Part shown: piece after piece, positions 1 through 8,379 of the stretch
Layout: every line of letters starts with the position of its first letter
Numbering within the stretch: position 1 is the stretch's first letter
The notes under the pieces: generated by a model
Databases searched by the model: none
What the model saw: only the letters and a program-made list of their open reading frames with translations
Told to the model about the DNA's origin: nothing
Assembly (NCBI GenBank): GCA_964577555.1
Contig: CAZNZM010000002.1
Coordinates: 93,012 to 125,011 of the forward strand
Source of the DNA: an uncultured archaeon
GTDB lineage: Archaea; Iainarchaeota; Iainarchaeia; Iainarchaeales; Iainarchaeaceae
Direction of reading: 5' to 3'
Length of the DNA: 32,000 nucleotides
Position numbers and translations under genes: made by a program

Positions 1-1
1 G

Positions 2-1141
2 AGCAATGAACAAATGCTTGAATTGATAAAGAAGCATAATATTAGGGCTCCAACAGGAAAAAAATTGGCTTTGAGAATAGAAAGGCAGAGCCTTATGATG
101 CGAACTACGGTTGGTTCTAATATTGAAGCTTATAATCGTCCTGAAACGGCCACTACGACTTATTTAGGTTTCAAAAACTATGTTGAATTTTTTAGGGACA
201 GGTTGCCTTTCAGTGTTTTTCAAATAGGCAAGGCGTTCAGGAATGAAATAAGTCCTAGGCAACATTTGTTGCGTTCAAGGGAATTTACTCAGGCTGAGAG
301 CCAAACTGTGCTTTTTCCTGAAATGAAAGACAAGTGGGAAAAATTTGAATCGGTGAAAGGCGAGTCTCTTCCTCTTTGGTCTGAAGAAAGGCAGAAAAAA
401 CAAAAGGAGCCTGAATTATTAATGCTTTCAACAGCAATTGAAAGAGGCATTATAAAAAACAAAGCTTATGCTTGGCACTTGAACTTGGCTTATAAAATGT
501 TCCTTGATTTTGGAATTCCAAAAGAGAAGATGAGGATAAGGCAGCATCACTCTGATGAAAAAGCGTTTTACTCTGATGACACTTGGGACATTGAAGTAAA
601 TTTAAGAAGCTTTGGTTGGGTGGAATTGTGCGGCATAAGTGACAGGACGAATTATGATTTGCAGCAGCATGCCAAGTTCAGCAAACAAAAAATGGTGGCG
701 AGAAACCTTGATGGCAAAGAGGAAATTCCTCACATAATTGAAATTGCGTTTGGTGTTGACAGGCCTTTCTTTGCAATACTTGATTTGAATTATGATGAAA
801 GGCCACAAGATGAACAACGCACGTTGCTAAAGATTCCTCCTTATTTGGCTCCAATACAAGTAGGAATATTGCCTCTCGTTAAAAAGGATGGTTTGGCTGA
901 AAAAGGTTGGGAGATATTTGGGCATTTAAGCAAAAAATTCTTGTGTTATTATGATGAATCAGGCAGCATAGGCCGCAGATATAGTAGGTTGGATTCTGTT
1001 GGAACGCCTTTTTGCATTACAATAGATTATGATACTATGTCTGATGGTACTGTTACGATTAGGGAAAGGGACAATATGAAACAGCAAAGAATCAAAATTA
1101 ACGAGCTTGAAAAATTTTTAGAGGCGGTTTTGAATGGGTAA
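2..1141 (+). CDS. glyS: Glycyl-tRNA synthetase, archaeal/eukaryotic class II type, C-terminal part (5' end outside window)
   Basis: Frame is open from base 2. Protein has class II aaRS blocks (RPETA, FRNEISPRQHLLRSREFTQAE) and the C-terminal IEIAFGVDRPFFAILD...LKIPPYLAPIQVGILPLVKKDGL anticodon-binding region typical of GlyRS. Confidence 0.93.
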   Translation, partial: SNEQMLELIKKHNIRAPTGKKLALRIERQSLMMRTTVGSNIEAYNRPETATTTYLGFKNYVEFFRDRLPFSVFQIGKAFRNEISPRQHLLRSREFTQAESQTVLFPEMKDKWEKFESVKGESLPLWSEERQKKQKEPELLMLSTAIERGIIKNKAYAWHLNLAYKMFLDFGIPKEKMRIRQHHSDEKAFYSDDTWDIEVNLRSFGWVELCGISDRTNYDLQQHAKFSKQKMVARNLDGKEEIPHIIEIAFGVDRPFFAILDLNYDERPQDEQRTLLKIPPYLAPIQVGILPLVKKDGLAEKGWEIFGHLSKKFLCYYDESGSIGRRYSRLDSVGTPFCITIDYDTMSDGTVTIRERDNMKQQRIKINELEKFLEAVLNG

Positions 1142-2024
1142 AATTGATCAACTTAGAAGGAAGCTTATTGAATCAGCCAAGAAGAAAATACAAGAAAAAT
1201 ATAAGGAAAAAGAAGTTCATATAATAAAAGCGGTTAAGATACTTGAAGACCTTGACACAACTTCAAATTTGCTTATTGAACAGTTGCGTGAGTGGCATTC
1301 CTTGCATTTTCCAGAACTTAATGAAATTGTCAAGGATAATGAACAATACTTGAAATTGGTTTGTGAGTTGGGGGATAAAAGGAATTTTGTTGTAGAAAAA
1401 ATTTTTGAGGTTGTTACGAACAAAGTTTTGGCGGAAAAAATTTCGAAAGCTGCAAAAGAATCCATTGGCTCCGAAGCTTCGCAAAAGGATATTAATGAAA
1501 TGCAAGCATTGGCTTTGAATTGTTATAATTTGAAGATTGAAAGGGAAGCTCTGGCAAAGTATATTGAAACTGAAATGAAGAAAGAGTTGCCTGCATTTAC
1601 TGAACTTTGTGGGGCTATTTTGGGTGCGAAAATTCTTGCAAAGGCATTGGCAAAGAAAAGGCTGGCATTCATGCCTGCTTCAAGGTTGCAAGTAATTGGC
1701 GCGGAAAAATCTTTGTTTATGCATTTTAAGATGAAAGCCAAAAGTCCGAAGCATGGTTATATTTTTCAACACCCCCTCATACAAGGTTCAAAGCCTTATA
1801 ATCGTGGGAAAGTTGCAAGGCTTCTTGCTGCAAAATTGTCAGTAGCAGCGAAAATGGATTATTTTGGAGGCAAAGCTGACGTTTTGGGAATGAGAAGGGA
1901 GCTTGAGGAAAAAGTTCGTAAGATAAATGAAACAGGCAAAGGCATCAAAATTCAGGCAAAAAAAACTAGTTTAAAGTGGCGTAGCCAAAAAAGAAAAAGA
2001 TTTGAATACTTGACTAAGAAATAG
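1134..2024 (+). CDS. nop5: NOP5/Nop56-family C/D box sRNP core protein
   Basis: Nop-domain signature: GAKILAKALAKKRLAFMPASRLQVIGAEKSLFMHFK...PKHGYIFQHPLIQGSKPYNRGKVARLLAAKLSVAAKMDYFGG. Adjacent to fibrillarin, the classical archaeal pair. Confidence 0.93.
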   Translation: MGKIDQLRRKLIESAKKKIQEKYKEKEVHIIKAVKILEDLDTTSNLLIEQLREWHSLHFPELNEIVKDNEQYLKLVCELGDKRNFVVEKIFEVVTNKVLAEKISKAAKESIGSEASQKDINEMQALALNCYNLKIEREALAKYIETEMKKELPAFTELCGAILGAKILAKALAKKRLAFMPASRLQVIGAEKSLFMHFKMKAKSPKHGYIFQHPLIQGSKPYNRGKVARLLAAKLSVAAKMDYFGGKADVLGMRRELEEKVRKINETGKGIKIQAKKTSLKWRSQKRKRFEYLTKK

Positions 2025-2033
2025 GTTGGTGAA

Positions 2034-2705
2034 ATGAATAATCCTAAAATCGTTTTTTCTGGAGTTTTTGAAATAGGCAACAGGCTTGCTACCATAAATA
2101 TGAATAGAGCCAAGCGGGTTTATGGGGAGCAATTGATAGAACATGGAGGTATTGAGTATAGGCAATGGGATGCTGAAAGGTCAAAAATAGCCGCTGCGAT
2201 AAAAAAAGGGGTAAAGGAATTTCATGTTGAGTCAGGTTCTAAAGTGCTTTACTTGGGTGCAGCGGAAGGTACTACAATATCTCATTTGAGCGATATTGTG
2301 GGGGAAAGCGGCATTATTTATGGTGTTGACATAAGCGCAAGGTCAATGAGGAAATTTTTGTATTTGTGCGAACAAAGAAGAAATATTATTCCAATACTTG
2401 CGGATGCGTCTCAGCCGAATACTTATTTGGAGTACATTCCTAGGTTTTCTGTTGATGTTTTGTGCCAGGATGTTAGTCAAAGAGAGCAGGCAAATATTTT
2501 TCTTAAAAATGCAAGAGTTTATTTGAAAAGGAATGGTTGGGGTTATTTGTCGATTAAAGCAAGGTCTATAAGCTCTGAAAAAGAGGTAAGAAGTATAGTA
2601 TCTGAAGAAGCAAAAAAACTTGAAAATGAATTTGAAATACTTGAAATAATTAATCTCGAGCCTTTTGAAAAAGAGCATGCAATGGTGGTTTGCAAGAAAA
2701 AATAA
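2034..2705 (+). CDS. flpA: Fibrillarin-like rRNA/tRNA 2'-O-methyltransferase
   Basis: KVLYLGAAEGTTISHLSDIVGESGIIYGVDISARSMRKF SAM-binding motif, DVLCQDVSQ, KARSI. Directly downstream of nop5. Confidence 0.95.
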   Translation: MNNPKIVFSGVFEIGNRLATINMNRAKRVYGEQLIEHGGIEYRQWDAERSKIAAAIKKGVKEFHVESGSKVLYLGAAEGTTISHLSDIVGESGIIYGVDISARSMRKFLYLCEQRRNIIPILADASQPNTYLEYIPRFSVDVLCQDVSQREQANIFLKNARVYLKRNGWGYLSIKARSISSEKEVRSIVSEEAKKLENEFEILEIINLEPFEKEHAMVVCKKK

Positions 2706-2945
2706 TTTGTAAATTTTCTGTTTGTTTTTTTGTTTTGTTTTTTGCGAGCCAATTTTTTTTGTAAGTTTTTTTTAGTTTATGTTTTTTTTTGGAGATCTTT
2801 TTTTTGTCAAGCTGTTTTTTTTAGCAAGCCGTTTTTTTTTGTCATTTTTTTTTGAATTATTTTTTTTGTTTTGTTTTTGCGAGCTGTTTTTTTTGTCATT
2901 ATTTTTTTGTGTTTGTTTTTTTTTCAGTCATCATTAAATATGTGA
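2706..2945 (+). repeat. Intergenic T-tract/GCNAGCC-like repeat island 1
   Basis: Cores GCGAGCC (2744), TCAAGCT (2807), GCAAGCC (2824), GCGAGCT (2879) each followed by T8-9. Contains GTCATT-T(n)-GAATTATT-T(n) linkers. Confidence 0.7.
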
Positions 2946-2962
2946 TTGTTTTATTTTGTAAG

Positions 2963-3949
2963 ATGCATATTATTCATAAAAATGGTATTTTGTTGAAGGA
3001 CAAGGATTGTCTTTATGTTGATGCTTCTGGTTTGAGGGGTAAAAATGCTGTAATTACGCATGCCCATGCTGACCATGCGAAGGTTTCTTCTACTAATAAG
3101 TATTTTCTCACAAAAGAAACTGCTTCTCTTATTGATGCTAAAGGGAAAAATTTGTTTTTTGAGTCTGTTCCTTTTAAGAAAAGGTTTGAATTGAATGGTT
3201 TTGATTGTGCCTTTTATCCTTCTGGGCATATTCTTGGTTCAGCGCAATTGAAGATTTGTAATTCTGATGAAGTTGTTATTACTTCTGATTTTAAGTTGCA
3301 GGACAGTATTTTGTTTAAGGGTGCGGAAATATTGTCTTCTGATGTTTTGGTTATTGAAACTACTTTTGGGAAACCAGATTTTAAATTTCCTGAAAGGTCT
3401 GAGGTTTATGAGGACATGATTTCATGGATGTGTGCTAACTTGAAGAAGGATAGTTTTATTGTTTTGGGTGGTTATAGCACTGGAAAGGCTCAGGAACTTA
3501 CAAAGTTTGTTAATGAGTTTTTGGGGGAAGTCCCTTTGGTTCATCCTAAAATAATGGAGCAGAATATTGTTTATAAGTCTGAAGGGGTTGATGTGGGGGA
3601 TTTTATCAAGCTTGATCACAATCTTAATGATAGTAATGTGTTGATTTACCCTTCTCATTTGATTGATGATTATCTTGTTTCTGCTTTGGAGCATCAACTT
3701 GGAAAAAGGGTAAAAGTTGCAATTGCAACTGGTTGGAATTTTCCTTCGCGTTATAAAATTTTTCCTCTTTCTGATCATGCTGATTTTGATTCTCTTTTGC
3801 GTTATGTGAAAGAAAGCGAGCCAAAACTTGTTCTAACTACTCATGGTTTTGAACAAGAGTTTGCTGCTCATGTTAGGAGAAGGCTTGGAATAAATGCCAG
3901 GTCACTTTCAAGTGGGGGGCAATCTGTTATAAATGAATTTATGGGGTGA
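2963..3949 (+). CDS. MBL-fold metallohydrolase / mRNA 3'-end processing exonuclease-like protein
   Basis: THAHADH motif, SGHILGSAQ, ITSDF, and late GG/H motifs (LSDHADFDSL, LTTHG) of the beta-CASP/Ysh1-like family. The ORF opens at 2852, but the upstream residues are encoded by the T-rich repeat island, so ATG 2963 is preferred. Confidence 0.85.
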   Translation: MHIIHKNGILLKDKDCLYVDASGLRGKNAVITHAHADHAKVSSTNKYFLTKETASLIDAKGKNLFFESVPFKKRFELNGFDCAFYPSGHILGSAQLKICNSDEVVITSDFKLQDSILFKGAEILSSDVLVIETTFGKPDFKFPERSEVYEDMISWMCANLKKDSFIVLGGYSTGKAQELTKFVNEFLGEVPLVHPKIMEQNIVYKSEGVDVGDFIKLDHNLNDSNVLIYPSHLIDDYLVSALEHQLGKRVKVAIATGWNFPSRYKIFPLSDHADFDSLLRYVKESEPKLVLTTHGFEQEFAAHVRRRLGINARSLSSGGQSVINEFMG

Positions 3950-4014
3950 GTTTGTTTTTTTTAAGCTAAGTTATTTAAGCCTTTTTCAAGTCTTTTTTTA
4001 TTTATTGATTTTTT

Positions 4015-5781
4015 ATGTTTAGGAGTGCGGTTTGCGGAAGCCTTTCAAGGGATAATATTGGGAAAAGTGTTGTTTTGGCTGGTTGGGTTGATAAGCAGCG
4101 TGATCATGGGGGTTTGTCATTTATTGATTTGAGGGATAGGTATGGTTATGTTCAGATTGTTGTTAATCCTGAAAAAGGTGGAAGGCTTGTTGATGTTGCA
4201 AAAAAGTTAAGAAGGGAGTATGTAATTAAAGTGTCTGGTGTTGTTAAGGCTAGGCCTAAAGGCACTGAGAATAAATCTTGGGTTACTGGGGATATAGAGG
4301 TTGAGGCTGATGATATTGAAATTATTTCTTCTTCTTTGCCTTTGCCAATAGAGTTTTCTGATAAGGCTCAATCAAATGAGGAGGCAAAGTTGACTTATAG
4401 GTATTTGGATTTGCGTAATAGGCAATTGCAGGCTAATTTGATTGCGCGTCATCGTATTGTTAAAATAGTCAGGGATTTTTATGATGAAAACGGTTTTATT
4501 GAAATAGAGACTCCTATTTTGGCAAAGAGCACTCCTGAAGGTGCCCGGGATTATTTGGTGCCTAGCAGGGTCAATCCTGGAAAATTTTTTGCCTTGCCTC
4601 AGAGTCCTCAGATTTTCAAGCAATTGTTGATGGTTGCGGGTTTTGACAAGTATATGCAAATTGCAAGGTGTTTTAGGGACGAGGATTTGCGGGCCGATAG
4701 GCAGCCAGAGTTTACGCAAATTGATGTTGAAATGAGTTTTGTTGATGAAGAGGATGTAATGAGTTTGCATGAAAAGTTGATTCAAAGAATTTTTATGGAT
4801 TTTATGGGTGTTGAGCTTGAAATTCCTTTTCCTCGCATGTCTTATGATGATGCAATTTCAAGGTATGGTATTGATAGGCCTGATACGCGGTTTGGTTTGG
4901 AATTGTTTGATTTGACTTCAATTCTTTCAAAAAGTGATTTTAATGTTTTTAAAAGCGTTGTAGCCGAAGGGGGTATTATTAAAGGTATTTGTATTCCTGG
5001 TGCTGGCTTTTCCAAGAGTGATATAAAAGGTTTTGAAGATTTCGTGAAAATTTATAAAGCCAAGGGGCTTGCGGCTTTGAAGGTTGTTGGAGGAAAGGTT
5101 GAGGGGCAATTGGCTAAATTCATTAGTGATTCTGTTGCAAGTGAGTTGGTTGCGAAAGCCAATGCCAAGGAAAATGATTTGATTTTGATTGTTGCAGGGG
5201 ATTCTAAGGTTGTTAATGATTCTTTGGGTTTTTTGAGAAATCATATTGCTGCCAAGCTTGGCTTGGTTGACAATAATAAGTGGAGTTTTGTTTGGGTGAC
5301 TTCTTTTCCAATGTTTGAGTGGAGTGATGAGGAGCAGAAGTTGAATGCAATGCATCATCCTTTTACTTCGCCGAAATCTGAGGATTTGCATTTGATTGAA
5401 ACCGAGCCTTTGAAAATCAGGGCGAAGGCTTATGATTTGGTTTTGAATGGTATTGAAATAGGCGGAGGCAGTATTAGGATACATGATCCTTCAATTCAAG
5501 CGAGGGTTTTCAAGGCTTTAGGGATTGATGAAAAAAGTGCAAAAGAGAAGTTTGGTTTTATGCTTGATGCATTTAAGTATGGTGCTCCTCCTCATGGCGG
5601 GATTGCTTTTGGGCTTGATAGGCTTGTGATGCTTTTGGTTGGTGCTTCAAGTATACGTGAAGTAATTGCTTTTCCAAAGAACAAGGCGGCTGTTTCTCTT
5701 ATGGATGGTTCGCCAAGCCAAGTGGATGAGAGGCAACTTAAGGAATTGCATATTAAGATTGACTTTGACAAGAAAAAATAA
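4015..5781 (+). CDS. aspS: Aspartyl-tRNA synthetase, bacterial type with GAD insertion domain
   Basis: RDHGGLSFIDLRDRYG, ALPQSPQIFKQLLMVAGFDKYMQIARCFRDEDLRADRQPEFTQIDVEMSF, long insertion, and GIAFGLDRLVMLL. Confidence 0.95.
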   Translation: MFRSAVCGSLSRDNIGKSVVLAGWVDKQRDHGGLSFIDLRDRYGYVQIVVNPEKGGRLVDVAKKLRREYVIKVSGVVKARPKGTENKSWVTGDIEVEADDIEIISSSLPLPIEFSDKAQSNEEAKLTYRYLDLRNRQLQANLIARHRIVKIVRDFYDENGFIEIETPILAKSTPEGARDYLVPSRVNPGKFFALPQSPQIFKQLLMVAGFDKYMQIARCFRDEDLRADRQPEFTQIDVEMSFVDEEDVMSLHEKLIQRIFMDFMGVELEIPFPRMSYDDAISRYGIDRPDTRFGLELFDLTSILSKSDFNVFKSVVAEGGIIKGICIPGAGFSKSDIKGFEDFVKIYKAKGLAALKVVGGKVEGQLAKFISDSVASELVAKANAKENDLILIVAGDSKVVNDSLGFLRNHIAAKLGLVDNNKWSFVWVTSFPMFEWSDEEQKLNAMHHPFTSPKSEDLHLIETEPLKIRAKAYDLVLNGIEIGGGSIRIHDPSIQARVFKALGIDEKSAKEKFGFMLDAFKYGAPPHGGIAFGLDRLVMLLVGASSIREVIAFPKNKAAVSLMDGSPSQVDERQLKELHIKIDFDKKK

Positions 5782-5909
5782 TTTTTGCTTTGAAACCAGT
5801 GGCTTATTTATTTTTGGTTTTTTGCTTGTTGTTGTCTTTTTTTGTTTTTGCCAACTTATTTAAGCTTTTTCTGCTTTCTTTAATTTGAATAAGGTTTTGG
5901 GGTTTTTTT

Positions 5910-6206
5910 GTGCCAAGAATAAAGGTTGATGAGGTTTTGGTTAGAAAGGTTGCTGATAATGCGAGGCTTTCTCTTACTGATGCTGAAGTAAAAAAGTTTA
6001 TTCCGCAGCTTAACGAGGTTTTGGAGTATTTTTCAATGATTGATAAATTAGATGTTTCAAACGAAGAGCCTTCTTTTCAGCCTGTAAAGGTAAGGAATTC
6101 TTTGCGTGAGGATGTTGTAGGAAAGTGTCTTTCGCGGGAAGAGGCCTTGTCTAATACTCAGCATAAAAAGGGGTTTTATTTTAAGGGTCCAGGCGTGATG
6201 CAATGA
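5910..6206 (+). CDS. gatC: Asp-tRNA(Asn)/Glu-tRNA(Gln) amidotransferase subunit C (GTG start)
   Basis: VADNARLSLTDAEVKKFIPQLNEVLEYFSMIDKLD...P...LREDV GatC pattern. Overlaps gatA by 4 nt. Confidence 0.9.
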   Translation: MPRIKVDEVLVRKVADNARLSLTDAEVKKFIPQLNEVLEYFSMIDKLDVSNEEPSFQPVKVRNSLREDVVGKCLSREEALSNTQHKKGFYFKGPGVMQ

Positions 6207-7615
6207 CTTATTCAGTAAGAGGTTTTGTTGAACGTGTTTCTTCTGGGGAAATTTCCGTTTTGGAGCATGCTGAAAAAATTTGTTCAGAAATTGAGGCGAA
6301 GAATAGAGAGTATTTTCATTTCAACAATTTTCAAAAGGATTATGTTATTTCTCAAGCCTTGTTGCTTGAAAAAGAAATAAAGAAAGGGCGCAGAGGAAAG
6401 TTGTTGGGTGTTCCGGTAAGTGTTAAAGATTGTCTTTGTGTAAAAGGGGTTGAATCCCGTGCAGGTTCAAAAATTCTTTCCGGTTATAAGCCTGTTTTTG
6501 ATGCTACTGCTGTTGCGAGGGCAAAGTATGAAGGTGCAATAATTCTTGGCAAAACTAGTCAGGATGAGTTTGGTTTTGGTACTTTTTCTATTCATCATAC
6601 TGCTGGCAATGTGCCACTTAATCCTTTTGATAAAAATAGAAGTTGTGGTGGAAGTTCTGGTGGTGCAGCTGGTTTTACGGCGCTTACTGAAAATACTCAT
6701 GTTGCCATTGCGGAAAGTACTGGTGGAAGCATTGCTTGTCCTGCTTCTTTTTGCGGCGTGTCTTCAATAACTCCGACTTATGGAGTTGTCTCAAGGTATG
6801 GTTTAATGGATTATGCATGTTCTCTTGATAAAATTGGCGCTATTGGAAAATCCATTGATGATGCTTCTTTGCTTTTGGAGGTAATGTCTGGAAAGGATGA
6901 AAAAGATAGTACTTCAGCGGATTTTAATTATTCTCCTGTTCAATTTTCAAAAATGAATATTGGGGTGCCGACCGAATTAATTGATTCTATTAAAAATGAG
7001 GGTATAAAAAAAGTTTTTTGGGAAAAGGTTTTGAAAGCCGAGGAATTTGGTTGTAAAATTTCAAATATTTCTCTTCCATTGAATGTCGAGTATGGGGTTG
7101 CTGTTTATTATCTTATTGCAATGTCTGAGGCTTCAACCAACCTTGCCAAGTATTGCGGCATGCGTTATGGGTTTTCAAAAAAACTTGTTGGAGATTTTAA
7201 TGAATACTTTTCTTCGGTTCGTTCTGATGCTTTTGGAGAAGAAGCAAAGAGAAGGATAATTATTGGGACTTTTGCCAGAATGTCGGGTTTTAGGGATGCT
7301 TATTATCTTAAAGCTATGAAGGTTCGTACGAAATTAATAAATGAATTTAAGCGTGTTTTTTCTGAAGTTGACCTTGTTGTTTCTCCCGCAATGCCTATTG
7401 TTGCTCCAAAATTTTCCGAAATAGAAAAGCTTAGTCCTTTGGAAAACTATGCTGCTGACCTTTGCACGGTTCCGCCAAATTTGGGTGGTTTTCCACATGT
7501 TACCACTAATGCTGGCGAATGTAATGGGCTTCCTGTTGGTTTTATGGCTATTGCTAATCATTTTGAGGATGCAAAAGCCGTTTCGTTTGTTTCCGCTTTG
7601 GAGGGTTTGTTGTGA
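6203..7615 (+). CDS. gatA: Asp-tRNA(Asn)/Glu-tRNA(Gln) amidotransferase subunit A (amidase)
   Basis: Amidase signature GGSSGGAAGFTALTENTHVAIAESTGGSIACPASFCGVSSITPTYGVVSRYGL. Catalytic Lys in VSVKDCLCVKG. Confidence 0.95.
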   Translation: MTYSVRGFVERVSSGEISVLEHAEKICSEIEAKNREYFHFNNFQKDYVISQALLLEKEIKKGRRGKLLGVPVSVKDCLCVKGVESRAGSKILSGYKPVFDATAVARAKYEGAIILGKTSQDEFGFGTFSIHHTAGNVPLNPFDKNRSCGGSSGGAAGFTALTENTHVAIAESTGGSIACPASFCGVSSITPTYGVVSRYGLMDYACSLDKIGAIGKSIDDASLLLEVMSGKDEKDSTSADFNYSPVQFSKMNIGVPTELIDSIKNEGIKKVFWEKVLKAEEFGCKISNISLPLNVEYGVAVYYLIAMSEASTNLAKYCGMRYGFSKKLVGDFNEYFSSVRSDAFGEEAKRRIIIGTFARMSGFRDAYYLKAMKVRTKLINEFKRVFSEVDLVVSPAMPIVAPKFSEIEKLSPLENYAADLCTVPPNLGGFPHVTTNAGECNGLPVGFMAIANHFEDAKAVSFVSALEGLL

Positions 7616-8379
7616 AGGAGCTTGAGGTTGCGGAGCGTGCTGTTGTGGAAGCTGGAAAAATAGCTTGTAAGAATTTCCAGGGCGATTTTAAGATAAGTTT
7701 TAAGGGTTTGAGGGATCTTGTCACCGAAGTAGATGTTGAGTGTGAAAGAAAAATAAAAAGAATAATTTCTTCTGAGTATGCTACGCATTCTTTTCTTGGT
7801 GAAGAGGAAGGCTTGGTAGGAAGTTTTTCGTCTGTTTGGGTTATTGACCCTATTGATGGCACTACAAATTTTGCGCATGGCATTGATCATTTTTGTCATT
7901 CGGTAGCGCTTGTTAAGAATGGTGTTTTGGTTTGTGGTGCTATTTATAATCCGATTCAAAAGAAACTTTATTCTGCATATGTTGGTAAAGGAGCCAAATT
8001 TAATGGCAGGCCTATTTCAGTGTCAAAAACTTTAAATTTGTCAGATGCTTTGTTGATTACTGGGTTTCCTTATAATTCCAATCTTTTTGAAGTTAAAACT
8101 ATTCGTTCAATTTATTCTTTAAGGCCGCAGTGTAGGGATTTGAGGCGGTTTGGTTCTGCAGCTCTTGATTTTTGTTATGTTGCTCAAGGCTTGTGTGACG
8201 GTTTTTTTGAGTATCAGTTAAAGCCTTGGGATGTTGCTGCCGGAATTTTAATTGTGCGTGAGGCAGGTGGCAAAGTAACTGACATTAATGGTAAAGAGGC
8301 TGACATTAATTCGAGTCATTTTCTTGCAACTAATAGTATTTTGCACGATTCTATTTTGAGGCATTTGGAGGGTGTTTAA
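7612..8379 (+). CDS. Inositol monophosphatase family protein (GTG start)
   Basis: GEEEG and WVIDPIDGTTNFAHGIDHFCHSVALVKNG motifs, plus AWDVAAG-like KPWDVAAGILIVREAGGKVTD. Confidence 0.92.
   Translation: MKELEVAERAVVEAGKIACKNFQGDFKISFKGLRDLVTEVDVECERKIKRIISSEYATHSFLGEEEGLVGSFSSVWVIDPIDGTTNFAHGIDHFCHSVALVKNGVLVCGAIYNPIQKKLYSAYVGKGAKFNGRPISVSKTLNLSDALLITGFPYNSNLFEVKTIRSIYSLRPQCRDLRRFGSAALDFCYVAQGLCDGFFEYQLKPWDVAAGILIVREAGGKVTDINGKEADINSSHFLATNSILHDSILRHLEGV

Noticed and set aside
2852-2962. N-terminal extension of the MBL nuclease ORF
   Set aside because: Encoded by the T-rich repeat island (MNYFFCFVFASCFF...). The first conserved residues begin at ATG 2963.
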